Shown piece by piece: positions 35,004 to 44,957 of a DNA stretch of 64,000 bases (within the stretch, counting starts at the first letter, position 1; the number at the start of each line of letters is the position of its first letter). The stretch covers positions 1,353-65,352 of the forward strand of contig JAFTSM010000065.1 in the NCBI GenBank assembly GCA_017467305.1. Reading direction: 5' to 3'. The stretch comes from Candidatus Gastranaerophilales bacterium. Lineage in GTDB: Bacteria; Cyanobacteriota; Vampirovibrionia; Gastranaerophilales; Gastranaerophilaceae. Under the pieces are notes generated by a model. That model was given only the letters and a program-made list of their open reading frames with translations, made no database searches and was not told the origin of the DNA. The translations under genes and the position numbers were made by a program.

Positions 35004-36421
35004 TCGAATTTTATATTTCCTAGTTTTATTCCCTTATATTTTTTCTTTATAATCATTTTTTGTATTTGAAAAATAATTGGTATTTTAACTAGATTAAATG
35101 TAATCTCTGAATAACTTGTTTTAATCATTTCATCTAGTGTCTTATCGTAAGATAACTTACTAGTAGATAGTTCTACATCAAAGCCAAGTCTAAGTAATTG
35201 CATAATAATCTCATTAAAATCTTTTGTTTTTGTGATTTCATTTTTTGAAGTTAGAAATACTTTTCTCTTTGGCGAAAATTTTTCATTTTGAACTAAGTTA
35301 TCAATATCCTTGTTTATAAAAGAAAGCACGTCTTCATCTAAATTCAAATACAAATTTCTATATTGTTCGTCAAAATCAATATTTTTTATGTCTTTTAAAT
35401 CTATAGTTGAATTGAGCGCATTAACTTGTTTTTCATAAATTCTTTTTGCTCTGTTCATAAATGCTAAAAATGAAGTTACTTTTATATTATATTTTTCAGC
35501 AAGTAATTCGGTGTATTTAAGCATCTTTAATGTTCTATTTACATATTTTTTATTTTCACAGTTTTCAGAGGATGAAACACTGTGTTCAGAGTCAAATTGA
35601 ACTTCAATGTGTCCTATATTTTTACAATTTTTTAGCCAAGTTTCTACTTCTAAGCTAGTATCATTGTAGTTAGTGAATAATATAAATTTAGAAATAATAA
35701 AGTCTTTTTTTCTTGCATGTTTTAAATATGTTTGCATATTCTTCATTACAATATCAAAGAATTTAGTTCCTTTTACCTTTTCAAAAGTTTCTTTAGTACC
35801 AGAATCAACGCTTGCAACAATAGCAGCGCTTTCTACTTTTTGAAGCGCATTACATAAACTTTTAGAGAGTCTTATCGCAGATGTTGGCACATAAATTTCT
35901 GGAACGTTGTTTTTTGAAAATAAGTCAACTAACCAATCAAATTCTTTCATTAATGTTGGCTCTCCACCAACAAAACGAAGTGAACCATTAAATCTTAGTA
36001 GATTTTTCTCCAAAAGTTCATTGATTATTGGTTTCATGTCAACATCTTGTTCTCTATTATGACAATCTGGTATTCTTCCAATAGGACAGTACACACAACG
36101 AGAATTGCATTTCATAATATGACCAGCTGTTAAGTGATTAATATAATCTTCATTATCCCAATCGTGTTCCTTTAACTCAAAACAACCTTCACATTGAGAA
36201 GGATATATTCCTTTTTTTGCATTTTCTCTATATTTTCTTTTTTGTTCAAAAATATAGTCCCAATTTAATGTTTGATTTTTTAAATCATCATATAGATACA
36301 AACGATGTGGTAAATCCAAGTGGTCAGTATTGCAACAATGACCAACACATAGCTGTTTACTTCCTGGGTCTAAATAAAAATATATTCCGTGCTCTAATAA
36401 TCTACAACTTTTGTATTTCAT
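35000..36421 (-). CDS. radical SAM protein, clade A with ~150-aa C-terminal extension (A9)
   Basis: MKYKSC..., CNSRCVYC, VGGEPTLM, SVDSGTKETFEKVKG. The extra C-terminal region has no recognisable motif. Confidence 0.75.
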   Translation of the reverse strand: MKYKSCRLLEHGIYFYLDPGSKQLCVGHCCNTDHLDLPHRLYLYDDLKNQTLNWDYIFEQKRKYRENAKKGIYPSQCEGCFELKEHDWDNEDYINHLTAGHIMKCNSRCVYCPIGRIPDCHNREQDVDMKPIINELLEKNLLRFNGSLRFVGGEPTLMKEFDWLVDLFSKNNVPEIYVPTSAIRLSKSLCNALQKVESAAIVASVDSGTKETFEKVKGTKFFDIVMKNMQTYLKHARKKDFIISKFILFTNYNDTSLEVETWLKNCKNIGHIEVQFDSEHSVSSSENCENKKYVNRTLKMLKYTELLAEKYNIKVTSFLAFMNRAKRIYEKQVNALNSTIDLKDIKNIDFDEQYRNLYLNLDEDVLSFINKDIDNLVQNEKFSPKRKVFLTSKNEITKTKDFNEIIMQLLRLGFDVELSTSKLSYDKTLDEMIKTSYSEITFNLVKIPIIFQIQKMIIKKKYKGIKLGNIKFD

Positions 36422-36529
36422 ACATTTGATATTATCATTGATTACTTTTAAATTAAAGAGTTTTAAAATCTTTTTCTGAAATTCATATGTATTTAATTCC
36501 TTGTTTTTTAATAAAAAATAAACAATACG

Positions 36530-36538
36530 TGGTACAAT
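36530..36538 (+). promoter_or_regulatory. extended -10-like element (TGGTACAAT) upstream of A10
   Basis: TGnTACAAT at 36530-36538, GAGG at 36565-36568, ATG at 36574. Confidence 0.35.
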
Positions 36539-36573
36539 ATTTTTTATATTTGAAATATTTCTCTGAGGTTTTT

Positions 36574-37581
36574 ATGAAATACAAAAGTTGTAAGTATATT
36601 CAAGGTGGTATAGCGTTTAGACATGATGCAGTTTCATTGTGTAATAAGTTGTGTGGAACAAAGCGTTATGAAAAATTTAATATCCCTTATACAGAAAACT
36701 TTTATGAAAAATTTATTTCTGTTAGAGAAGAAGCTATAGAAAACTGTAAAAAAGGTACTTTGCCACATGAAGGTTGTTTATCTTGTCCTTATGTAGAAGA
36801 AAAAGAATGGGATGAAGATACTCGTTTTAAAGAAATTGAAATTACGCACTGGGTACATTGCAATTGTGGATGTTGTTATTGTGCAATGTTGCCCGTAACA
36901 AAGGGGAAAATGGTTAAATCTAAACAAAATTCACCTTACATTGAACTTTTCCCAATAATAAAAAGAATGTTAAAAGAAAACCGAATTCATCCTAATGCAT
37001 TTTTCTCTGTAACTGGTGGTGAATTAACAATGTTAAAAGAATTTCCAGATATAATGAAATTACTTTTAAAGCAAAAAGATGCAAGTTATGGTTTTTGTTT
37101 ACAGTCTAATGGTATTAAGTATGAAAAATTATTATCTAAAGCTGTATTGAAAGATAGAAGAACTTCGATAGTTATTTCCATAGATGCTGGTTCTAGAGAA
37201 ATGTTTAAGTTGATGAAACGAAAAGATAATTATAATGACGTTATTAAAAATTTAAAACATTATTTAAAAGATGCAAAAAGTAATCAAGATAGAATAGTCG
37301 CTAAATATATTATAGTTCCAAATGTTAATGATACTAAAGAAGAAATTGATAAATGGATTAAAACTTGTAAAGAAATTGGTATTAAAACATTGCAACCATC
37401 AATTGAGTTTTGTTCACAAGTTGTTAATCCTGGTACTTTTAAAGAAAAACAAGGTGAATTATATCATTATATGAAGGAACAAATAATTGCAAATGGATTT
37501 GAAATGATAACTTATGATTTTCTTGAGAGTATTATAAAAAATAAGAGTTTTGATATTACTATAAAGGCAGAGAAAGAGTAA
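36574..37581 (+). CDS. radical SAM protein, clade A (A10)
   Basis: The start is moved to MKYKSCKYIQGG (ATG at 36574 behind GAGG). This matches the paralog N-termini. CNCGCCYC, TGGELTML, SIDAGSREMFKLMKRKDNY. Confidence 0.8.
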   Translation: MKYKSCKYIQGGIAFRHDAVSLCNKLCGTKRYEKFNIPYTENFYEKFISVREEAIENCKKGTLPHEGCLSCPYVEEKEWDEDTRFKEIEITHWVHCNCGCCYCAMLPVTKGKMVKSKQNSPYIELFPIIKRMLKENRIHPNAFFSVTGGELTMLKEFPDIMKLLLKQKDASYGFCLQSNGIKYEKLLSKAVLKDRRTSIVISIDAGSREMFKLMKRKDNYNDVIKNLKHYLKDAKSNQDRIVAKYIIVPNVNDTKEEIDKWIKTCKEIGIKTLQPSIEFCSQVVNPGTFKEKQGELYHYMKEQIIANGFEMITYDFLESIIKNKSFDITIKAEKE

Positions 37582-37583
37582 TT

Positions 37584-38570
37584 GTGCAAAATTTATATTG
37601 TAGTAATTTATTAAATTGTTTAAGTTTTCACCAAAAGAATGTAAGATTTTGTACTACTTTGCAACTTGGTGAAATTATTTCAACTTATCAAGAAAAACCT
37701 AAAGAATTAGCACAAAGAATAATAGAAATAAGAGAAAATATAAACAAGCAACTTGCACAATGTATTATTCCGAATGGATGCGAAAATTGTATTTATCGTA
37801 ATCAAGAAGATTATAAAACAGTAAAAATAAGAAGAATAGATTTGTATTATTGGTATCACTGTAATTGTGGCTGTTTTTATTGTTCATATAGGGATGAAAC
37901 AAAGGGGGAATTTTCTGATAAGGTAAAAGAAGGTAATCCTTTAATCTATAAAACATTGGAAGAATTATATAAAAAGGATTTAATTGATAAAAATAATCTT
38001 TTTGTTAATTTTGGTGGTGGTGAGTTAGGCGTGTTAAAAGAATATCCCAAATTGGTGAACTTATTTTTAAAAAATAATGTTCAAAATATTTGGTGTGAAA
38101 CTTCTGGAATTAGATATTCTAAGGAGTTGGCAAAGGCTTTAGAAAAAGGTAAGGCGGGATTATCGATAGCTATATGTAGTGGCTCAAGAGAAACTTATAA
38201 AAAAATAAAAAAGAGAGATAAGTACGAACAAGTTTTAAAAAATTTAAAAAATTATGTAAAGGCTGCTAAAAAATTTAAACAAGATCAAAATAATGATTGT
38301 CGCGTTATTTCTAAATATATTATTTTACAAGGATTTAATAATAATAAAGATGAAATTGACAAATGGTTATTGGCGTCTAAAAGTATAGGTATAAAATCTG
38401 TTGAAATAAGTATGGAATTTTGTTGGGGAATTCATACAAAAAAAGGTCAGAAAGTTGAAGATTACAACTATGAATTGTTTGAATATACAGAACAAAGATG
38501 TCTTGAACTTGGCTTGAATTTAAGAAAAAATGATACATCTATGGCTATTATGGAGCAAGGAACTTATTAA
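37584..38570 (+). CDS. radical SAM protein, clade A (A11)
   Basis: GTG start 2 nt after the A10 stop. CNCGCFYC, GGGELGVL, ICSGSRETYKKIKKRDKY. Confidence 0.75.
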   Translation: MQNLYCSNLLNCLSFHQKNVRFCTTLQLGEIISTYQEKPKELAQRIIEIRENINKQLAQCIIPNGCENCIYRNQEDYKTVKIRRIDLYYWYHCNCGCFYCSYRDETKGEFSDKVKEGNPLIYKTLEELYKKDLIDKNNLFVNFGGGELGVLKEYPKLVNLFLKNNVQNIWCETSGIRYSKELAKALEKGKAGLSIAICSGSRETYKKIKKRDKYEQVLKNLKNYVKAAKKFKQDQNNDCRVISKYIILQGFNNNKDEIDKWLLASKSIGIKSVEISMEFCWGIHTKKGQKVEDYNYELFEYTEQRCLELGLNLRKNDTSMAIMEQGTY

Positions 38571-39558
38571 TTTTAAATAATTTTTCAAAAATATTTTTAT
38601 GTTTTAATTTTAGAAGATTTTGGTTTATAGAAACAAAATCTTCTTTAAAAATGGGGTGTTGTAATATTTTAATAAATTTATTATGGTTTCTATGTTCTGG
38701 ATTTATTACATTGATTTCATTGTAGATTTTATCTGGTATTTCATATTTTATTAAATTTAAAAAAACTACGTTTGCGCCAGAACTTTTGGCTATTTGGGCA
38801 AAGTTAACCATTTCTTTATAGTTATAGTCTGTTATTACTGCTCTAAATTGAAGAATATTAATTAAACCTTCTTGCTTTAGTTTTATTGCATAATTTATAT
38901 TTTCCATTACTGTATCAAAATTACTATTTTTAACAATTTTATTGTAAGAATTTTTATTAAAGGTATGAAAAGAAATCCCAACGAGATTTAGTTTTTCTTT
39001 AATACCAAGTTCTATTAAATTTTTTTCATTGAAAAGTAAACCATTTGTAAGTATGTCAAATTTGATATTGGGGTATGTCTTTGCAATTTTTTTTATCAAA
39101 TTTCTGGAATGTAAACTTGCAAATGCTTCTCCTGCTGATGCTATATTTACGTTTTTAACATCTTTAAATAAATCAGAAACCTTATCTTCAATGATTTTGA
39201 ATGGTTCCAAATATTTTTGATTATTATTTGGTTTGCAAAAAATACAGTTAACATTGCAAGTTCTATCATATCCTAAAAGAACTGATGCTGGTCGTTTGTG
39301 AACAATTGGTTCTATTCTAATTGAATCATCATTAGATCTATGCGGCAAACAAATATTGAGTTTACAATATTTGAAATTTTTATCTGTAAACTGTTTTCTA
39401 AAGTTTAAAGCTTTTTCTCCATTCCAAATTTCAGAAAAATTTTTTTCTAAAATGTTACCAAAAGAATAGTTTGAACAATATGTTGTACAACAAGGGTGTA
39501 CGTCTCCATAATCATCTATATTTGCACACGTATATGGTAATTCGCAGTATAAGTCCAT
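38548..39558 (-). CDS. radical SAM protein, clade B (B4)
   Basis: The start is moved to the ATG at 39558 (MDLYCELPYTC...) by analogy with the other B N-termini. YSFGNILEKNFSEIWNGEKALNFR. CNVNCIFC. Confidence 0.75.
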   Translation of the reverse strand: MDLYCELPYTCANIDDYGDVHPCCTTYCSNYSFGNILEKNFSEIWNGEKALNFRKQFTDKNFKYCKLNICLPHRSNDDSIRIEPIVHKRPASVLLGYDRTCNVNCIFCKPNNNQKYLEPFKIIEDKVSDLFKDVKNVNIASAGEAFASLHSRNLIKKIAKTYPNIKFDILTNGLLFNEKNLIELGIKEKLNLVGISFHTFNKNSYNKIVKNSNFDTVMENINYAIKLKQEGLINILQFRAVITDYNYKEMVNFAQIAKSSGANVVFLNLIKYEIPDKIYNEINVINPEHRNHNKFIKILQHPIFKEDFVSINQNLLKLKHKNIFEKLFKINKFLAP

Positions 39559-39626
39559 ACCACTAATTATATGGAAAATATTGTTATTAATCAAATTAAA
39601 AGTTATAATTAGTCGGTGGAGATTTA

Positions 39627-40529
39627 ATGTTTAAAATTTTATTCAAAAAAAAGTTAAAATATTTAGTCATTGGAGCAGGTTCAACTGGTGCGACTTTTGC
39701 TTGTTTTTTACATTCTGCAGGAAAAGATGTAACGCTTCTTTCTAAGTATGATGATATAGTAAATAATGCAAAAGAAAAGGGGGGCATTAAGTTAATTTCT
39801 AGTGTAAAAGGAAAGAAAAGATACAATATAAAAATTAAAACTGAAAAAACTTATAAAGAAAAAGCTGATGTGATAATTCTTTGTATTAGAACGCCTGATA
39901 TTCTATCTGCAATTCCTTTTATTAAAAAAGTTTCGCATAAAAAAACAATTGTTACATCAATTGCAAATGGCTTTGGAATTGCGTATGCCTTAAAAAAGGC
40001 ACTTCCTAAACTTTTGATTTTAGATTCTAATTTTGTAGGTAAATGCCGATGGTATAATCGTAAGGATGTAGAGTATTTACAGCAAAGAGAATATTGTGAG
40101 TTCAATTTTGCAGACAAATATAATTTAATCGATAAAAAAACTTTAAAACAAATAGAAATAGACTTTACTGATGCAGGCATGAATACTACTATGATGTCTG
40201 AAAAACAATTTACAGAAGTTGCGTTTGAACGATTAATAACTCGTTCTCCTTTTGAGGCTACATGTATTTATTATGATATATGTGCACATGATTTTATCGG
40301 TGAAAAATTAGATACGTTTAAAATTCTTTGTAATGAACTATTAATTCTTGCAAAGGCTATGAATATAAATGTTAGAGAAAATTTTTTAGAAGAATATTAT
40401 CAAAATTTTGAACTATATAAAGAACGTGATGATGCAAATGTATATTCATCAATTTTAAATGATATGAAAATTGAACAATGTTCAGAAATAGATTTTCTAT
40501 TTTTTATTGTTGTTGAACTTGCAAAATAA
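39627..40529 (+). CDS. ketopantoate reductase (ApbA/PanE)-like NAD(P)-dependent oxidoreductase
   Basis: The N-terminal Rossmann motif is YLVIGAGSTGATFACFLHSAGKDVTLL. Length ~300 aa and two-domain layout fit the 2-dehydropantoate 2-reductase family. It is the only non-radical-SAM gene in the array. Confidence 0.6.
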   Translation: MFKILFKKKLKYLVIGAGSTGATFACFLHSAGKDVTLLSKYDDIVNNAKEKGGIKLISSVKGKKRYNIKIKTEKTYKEKADVIILCIRTPDILSAIPFIKKVSHKKTIVTSIANGFGIAYALKKALPKLLILDSNFVGKCRWYNRKDVEYLQQREYCEFNFADKYNLIDKKTLKQIEIDFTDAGMNTTMMSEKQFTEVAFERLITRSPFEATCIYYDICAHDFIGEKLDTFKILCNELLILAKAMNINVRENFLEEYYQNFELYKERDDANVYSSILNDMKIEQCSEIDFLFFIVVELAK

Positions 40530-40611
40530 TATAATGTTCAATTACCAATGTATTTTAAAATAGCAGATAAATTTAAGGAATATAATTCTTTAGGTTCATT
40601 TGCTGAAAAAA

Positions 40612-40641
40612 AGAACCACTAATTATTAATGGTTCTTTTTT
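40612..40641. terminator. bidirectional intrinsic terminator (the only one inside the array)
   Basis: AGAACCA ... TGGTTCT hairpin with an A-run before it and T6 after it. It lies between the convergent KPR-like gene and B5. Confidence 0.65.
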
Positions 40642-40648
40642 AATATTT

Positions 40649-41689
40649 TTATGACCAGCCGTATTTTTTGTAGAAGTTTATCTTGTTTTTTATAACATCT
40701 GCAAATGAATTTGGTCTTAGGTGTTTAAATCCATCGTTAATTAAGAAATCATCATTATGTTTTATTAATGGATTATTCATTATCTTAACAAAATTATTAT
40801 ATTCTGGGTGTGTAGGATTTGTTATTATATATTTATCTAGTTGACTAAGAAATTTTGTACCTTGTCCCATATCTTTTGCAATCATTACGTGGACATATGC
40901 ACCCAGTTCTTTTGCAAATTTAGTTAGTGGTATTAAATCTTTATAGTTTAGTGATGTTAAAACACAATTAATTGTTAATTTCTTGATTTTTTCTTGTTTT
41001 CTTAATTGTGATACATATTCAAGATTTTTCATAACACTCTTAAAATTGCCATTTCTAACAATTTTGTTATATGTTTCTTCAATACAAGATGGTATGGATA
41101 TCCTTATATCAACAATTTTATCTGCTATTCCTAATTTTTTGAGATTTTCTTCACTACATAAAATTCCGTTTGTTATGAGCGCAAATTTTATATTTGGATA
41201 TACTTCTGCAATTCTTTTTATTAACTTTTTTGAGTGTTCACTTATAAATACTTCTCCAGCGACATTTACTGTTACTAATTTTGCGTTTTTTAACATTGGA
41301 ATTAATACAGGTTCAATAAGTGCATCCCACTTTGCTTGGTCTTCTTTTGACATAATGTGGGGTTCATCTCTGCAGTATACACATTGTTGAACACAAGTAT
41401 TGTCATAACATAAACTTACCTCTTCTGGATATTCAGCTATAGATGTTTCAATTGGTTTACAAGTTTGTATTAAACATAAGTTAGTATCACAATATTTATA
41501 ATTTTTATCTATTATTGATTGTCTGAATTCTCTTGCTTTTTGTCCATTCCAAACTTCTTCGAAACTTTGCTCTAGTATATTTCCGATACAGTAACTGTCA
41601 TTCCATAATCTTGAGCAAAAATAGCAAAAACCATCTGTCCCGATTTCAAAAAAAATGTATGGTTTAACACAAAATCTATTCTCTGACAT
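40649..41689 (-). CDS. radical SAM protein, clade B (B5)
   Basis: FCVKPYIFFEIGTDGFCYFC...CIGNILEQSFEEVWNGQKAREFR, CVQQCVYC, VAGEVF, SIPSCIEETYNKIV. Confidence 0.8.
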   Translation of the reverse strand: MSENRFCVKPYIFFEIGTDGFCYFCSRLWNDSYCIGNILEQSFEEVWNGQKAREFRQSIIDKNYKYCDTNLCLIQTCKPIETSIAEYPEEVSLCYDNTCVQQCVYCRDEPHIMSKEDQAKWDALIEPVLIPMLKNAKLVTVNVAGEVFISEHSKKLIKRIAEVYPNIKFALITNGILCSEENLKKLGIADKIVDIRISIPSCIEETYNKIVRNGNFKSVMKNLEYVSQLRKQEKIKKLTINCVLTSLNYKDLIPLTKFAKELGAYVHVMIAKDMGQGTKFLSQLDKYIITNPTHPEYNNFVKIMNNPLIKHNDDFLINDGFKHLRPNSFADVIKNKINFYKKYGWS

Positions 41690-41790
41690 TATATCTACCT
41701 CTTTTTATCTTACAAATATCATACAAAAACTTTATAAAAACTGCAATTGTGATATTATGTAATTAGTTTTTAAAAGATATTGAGAAATTT

Positions 41791-42885
41791 ATGAGTAGAG
41801 ATTTGTTTTGTAAAAATCCTTGGAATTGTTTAGAGTTAAATAATGATGGAAAGTGTTTTTTTTGTAACCCTTGTTTTTCTAATTTTAATTTGATTGGGAA
41901 TATTTTTGAAGATGATATAGATGAAATTTGGAATGGTGAAAAAGCTCAAAATTTCAGAAAGGATGTTTTGGAAAAGAAATATTCTTTTTGTAACTACGAA
42001 AATTGTAATGGTAATAAAGCCTCAGAGATTCCTTATAATGAACTTATTGCACCATATCCGGAATATATTAATATTGGTTATGATTATACTTGTGGGCAAC
42101 GTTGTATTATATGTAGAGATGATTATCAAGCGTTATCAGAAGATGAGTGCAAAAAATGGGAAGATAAACTTGAAACGCACATTCTTCCAATAACTTCTCA
42201 AGCAAAATATATGTTTGTAAACTGTCGTGGTGAATTTTTCGATAGCAAACATACGCAAAAAATGGTTTCTTCTATTTTGAGTAATAACCCTAGTATTAGA
42301 GTTGATTTTATTTCTAATGGAATAAAGTGTACTGAAGAAAATTTAAAGAAGCATGGATTGTTTGATAAAATATTTAAAATTCATATTTCATTACATGCTG
42401 CATCAAAAGAAACATATAAACGTATTTTTAGAACAGACAAATTTGATTCTGTTATGGAAAATGTTCGATATATTAGTTCTTTAAAAAAAGAAGGAAAAAT
42501 AGATGAGTTTGAAATAATGTTTGTTATAACAGATGCTAACTATAAAGATATGCCATCATTTGTTAAATTAGCAGAAGAACTTGATGCAAAAGCAGCTTTC
42601 TCTGCTTGTATAGGTGGATATGCTTCTTATATTATGAACCGTGAAGAGTATGCGGTATTTTATCAAAATCATCATAATTATAATAACTTTGTTAAAATGC
42701 TGAAAAATCCAATTTTTAATTCTTCTCATTGTTGGTTGCCAGATTATTTGCGTGAGTTAAAGCCAGTTAGCTTTATTCAATCATTTAAAAACAAGCTGAG
42801 ATACTTTGCTCGTACGAAGTTAAATATGAAAATTAAACAGACAAAAGGAAATATTCAAATATTTTCTCATGATACTTATAAGTGA
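41791..42885 (+). CDS. radical SAM protein, clade B (B6)
   Basis: FCKNPWNCLELNNDGKCFFC...LIGNIFEDDIDEIWNGEKAQNFR, CGQRCIIC, CRGEFF, SLHAASKETYKRIF. Confidence 0.8.
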   Translation: MSRDLFCKNPWNCLELNNDGKCFFCNPCFSNFNLIGNIFEDDIDEIWNGEKAQNFRKDVLEKKYSFCNYENCNGNKASEIPYNELIAPYPEYINIGYDYTCGQRCIICRDDYQALSEDECKKWEDKLETHILPITSQAKYMFVNCRGEFFDSKHTQKMVSSILSNNPSIRVDFISNGIKCTEENLKKHGLFDKIFKIHISLHAASKETYKRIFRTDKFDSVMENVRYISSLKKEGKIDEFEIMFVITDANYKDMPSFVKLAEELDAKAAFSACIGGYASYIMNREEYAVFYQNHHNYNNFVKMLKNPIFNSSHCWLPDYLRELKPVSFIQSFKNKLRYFARTKLNMKIKQTKGNIQIFSHDTYK

Positions 42886-42891
42886 TGACTT

Positions 42892-43911
42892 TTATTCGTA
42901 ATAGCAGAGTCCCAGCTTTTTGTATACATACTCAATATTTGGGAAGAAAATGTGTGAAAGATTTTCTTCTCTGGCTTTCATTTTGTAGAAATCAGCAAGT
43001 TCAATCAAATGTCTTAATAAGCTTTCATCGTAGTTCATTTCATTAAGTAATTGATTATAAACATTAAGTGCAACTTGTGTTGCGCCATTTCTTTTAGATT
43101 GTTTAATAAATTCTTCAATTTCTTTTTTTGAATCGTTTACGCCTGGAACAATAACATATTTTGTGCAAAGTCTCATTGAATAATCTTTTGTTCTCGCTTT
43201 TGAGTAATTTTTGAAGTTTTTCCAAACTTTATCGAAAGATTTTACTCTTTTTACTTTTTCGTGACACTTCTTTGTTCCTGCGTCGATTGAAATCATAAGA
43301 GTTACAGCGTTTTCTCTTACTCCTCTTTCAATAGCTTTAGAATATTGAATATTGTTAGAGTGAATAATTATATTTTTAAAACCGTTGTCTAACAAAAAGT
43401 TTAAAAGCTTGTCGAATTTTGGGTAGAGAGTTGGTTCCCCACCTGCAAAATCAAGTTCTGCATTTTCAGAAAGAACATTGTTTTTAATCATGTCTTTTAT
43501 TATTTCGAGCATATCATAAGGTTCTACGTACTCTTTATAAAAATTTTTGTAGTTTGGTGACAGCGGAGATCTTGGGTTTACGTGACCTAAACAGTATATG
43601 CAGTTAGAATTACATACTTGCCAAGGCGATAAAAGAACATAGTGGATTTTTCTGTCATCTGCATAATCTTCATCTGTAATTAATTGACAATTTTTACATT
43701 CATTTCTTTCACAAGAATTTTTGATTTTTTCTATTTCTTTTGCTCTTTCGTCAAAAAATCTTTTCCAATCGATTTTTTTACCATCAAAAACATCATTGGA
43801 TATTTTAGGCCAGCCTATACCATTATTTGCATTAGTAAGTGTGCAATACGTGATTCCAATATCTTTTCCATTAAAACAAATAGATGTATTAAGATTGTCG
43901 CAAATTCTCAT
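42892..43911 (-). CDS. radical SAM protein, clade A (A12)
   Basis: CNSNCIYC, AGGEPTLY, SIDAGTKKCHEKVKRVKSF, IVPGVNDSKKEI. Confidence 0.8.
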   Translation of the reverse strand: MRICDNLNTSICFNGKDIGITYCTLTNANNGIGWPKISNDVFDGKKIDWKRFFDERAKEIEKIKNSCERNECKNCQLITDEDYADDRKIHYVLLSPWQVCNSNCIYCLGHVNPRSPLSPNYKNFYKEYVEPYDMLEIIKDMIKNNVLSENAELDFAGGEPTLYPKFDKLLNFLLDNGFKNIIIHSNNIQYSKAIERGVRENAVTLMISIDAGTKKCHEKVKRVKSFDKVWKNFKNYSKARTKDYSMRLCTKYVIVPGVNDSKKEIEEFIKQSKRNGATQVALNVYNQLLNEMNYDESLLRHLIELADFYKMKAREENLSHIFFPNIEYVYKKLGLCYYE

Positions 43912-43979
43912 GTAGAATAAATCCCCCTTGAAGCATTATAACATAGTATGTTAAAATTTCTCTGTGTAGAGGAAACAAA

Positions 43980-44957
43980 ATGAAGTTTAAATGTTGTGAA
44001 TGGGCTTTGGCTCATCTTGTTATAAATTCTGATGATTTAACGTATTGTTGTGCGTCTTTTGATAAAAAACTTACTTTCAAGGAAAATTATCACGGTGAAC
44101 TTATTGATATAGATGAATATATAAAAAATAGAGAATTATTTATTGAACAATGCAAACAAGGTAATTTCCCAGAAGTATGTAAAGATTGTCCTACTTTAGA
44201 AGAACGTGATTGGGATGAAACACCAGGTTTTATTGACGTTTCTGTCTCTAATAGGACTAAATGTAGTTGTAATTGCACATATTGTATTATTTCTAGTGGT
44301 GGAAGAGAAGATGTTAAAAAAGATTTAAACACAAGACAAACTTATGATGTTCGCCCTCTTTTAAATCAGTTTCGTGAAAAAAATATGTTTAAGCCAAATT
44401 GCCATTTTATTATTGGCGGTGGTGAGTGCGCAGAATATCCTAAAGGCGAACTTAAATGGCTTGTTGATTTTGTTTTTGAACAAAAGGGTTCTATTGAATT
44501 TTTAAGTGCTGGTATTAAATTTTCTGATGATATTAAAAATGCCTTAAGAAAAGGTAAATCTAAATTAAAGGTTTCTGTTGATGCTGGTACTAAAAAGGTA
44601 TATGAACAAGTTAAACGAGTAAAAGGATATGATGCTGTTTGGAAAAATTTGAAAAAATACATTGAAGCTTCAAAGAAAAATCCTAATGCAGAGGTGACTA
44701 TTAAATATATTATTATTCCTAATGTGAATGATAATATGACCGAAGCCACAGAGTTTATAAAAAGATGTAATAAAATTGGATGTACAAGAATTGAAGTTAA
44801 TGTTGAATTCTTTTGGATGAATGAAAATTGGGATAAACCAATTTCTGATAATTTAAGAGAAGTGTTATTGTATTTTCAAAGTCAGTCTAATTTATGTTTT
44901 TCTTCAAATATTTCTTCTCATGTGCGAAATTGGTTAGAAAAGAATTTGGTGAAATAA
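43980..44957 (+). CDS. radical SAM protein, clade A (A13)
   Basis: MKFKCC..., CSCNCTYC, IGGGECA, SVDAGTKKVYEQVKRVKGY, IIPNVNDNMTEA. Confidence 0.8.
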   Translation: MKFKCCEWALAHLVINSDDLTYCCASFDKKLTFKENYHGELIDIDEYIKNRELFIEQCKQGNFPEVCKDCPTLEERDWDETPGFIDVSVSNRTKCSCNCTYCIISSGGREDVKKDLNTRQTYDVRPLLNQFREKNMFKPNCHFIIGGGECAEYPKGELKWLVDFVFEQKGSIEFLSAGIKFSDDIKNALRKGKSKLKVSVDAGTKKVYEQVKRVKGYDAVWKNLKKYIEASKKNPNAEVTIKYIIIPNVNDNMTEATEFIKRCNKIGCTRIEVNVEFFWMNENWDKPISDNLREVLLYFQSQSNLCFSSNISSHVRNWLEKNLVK

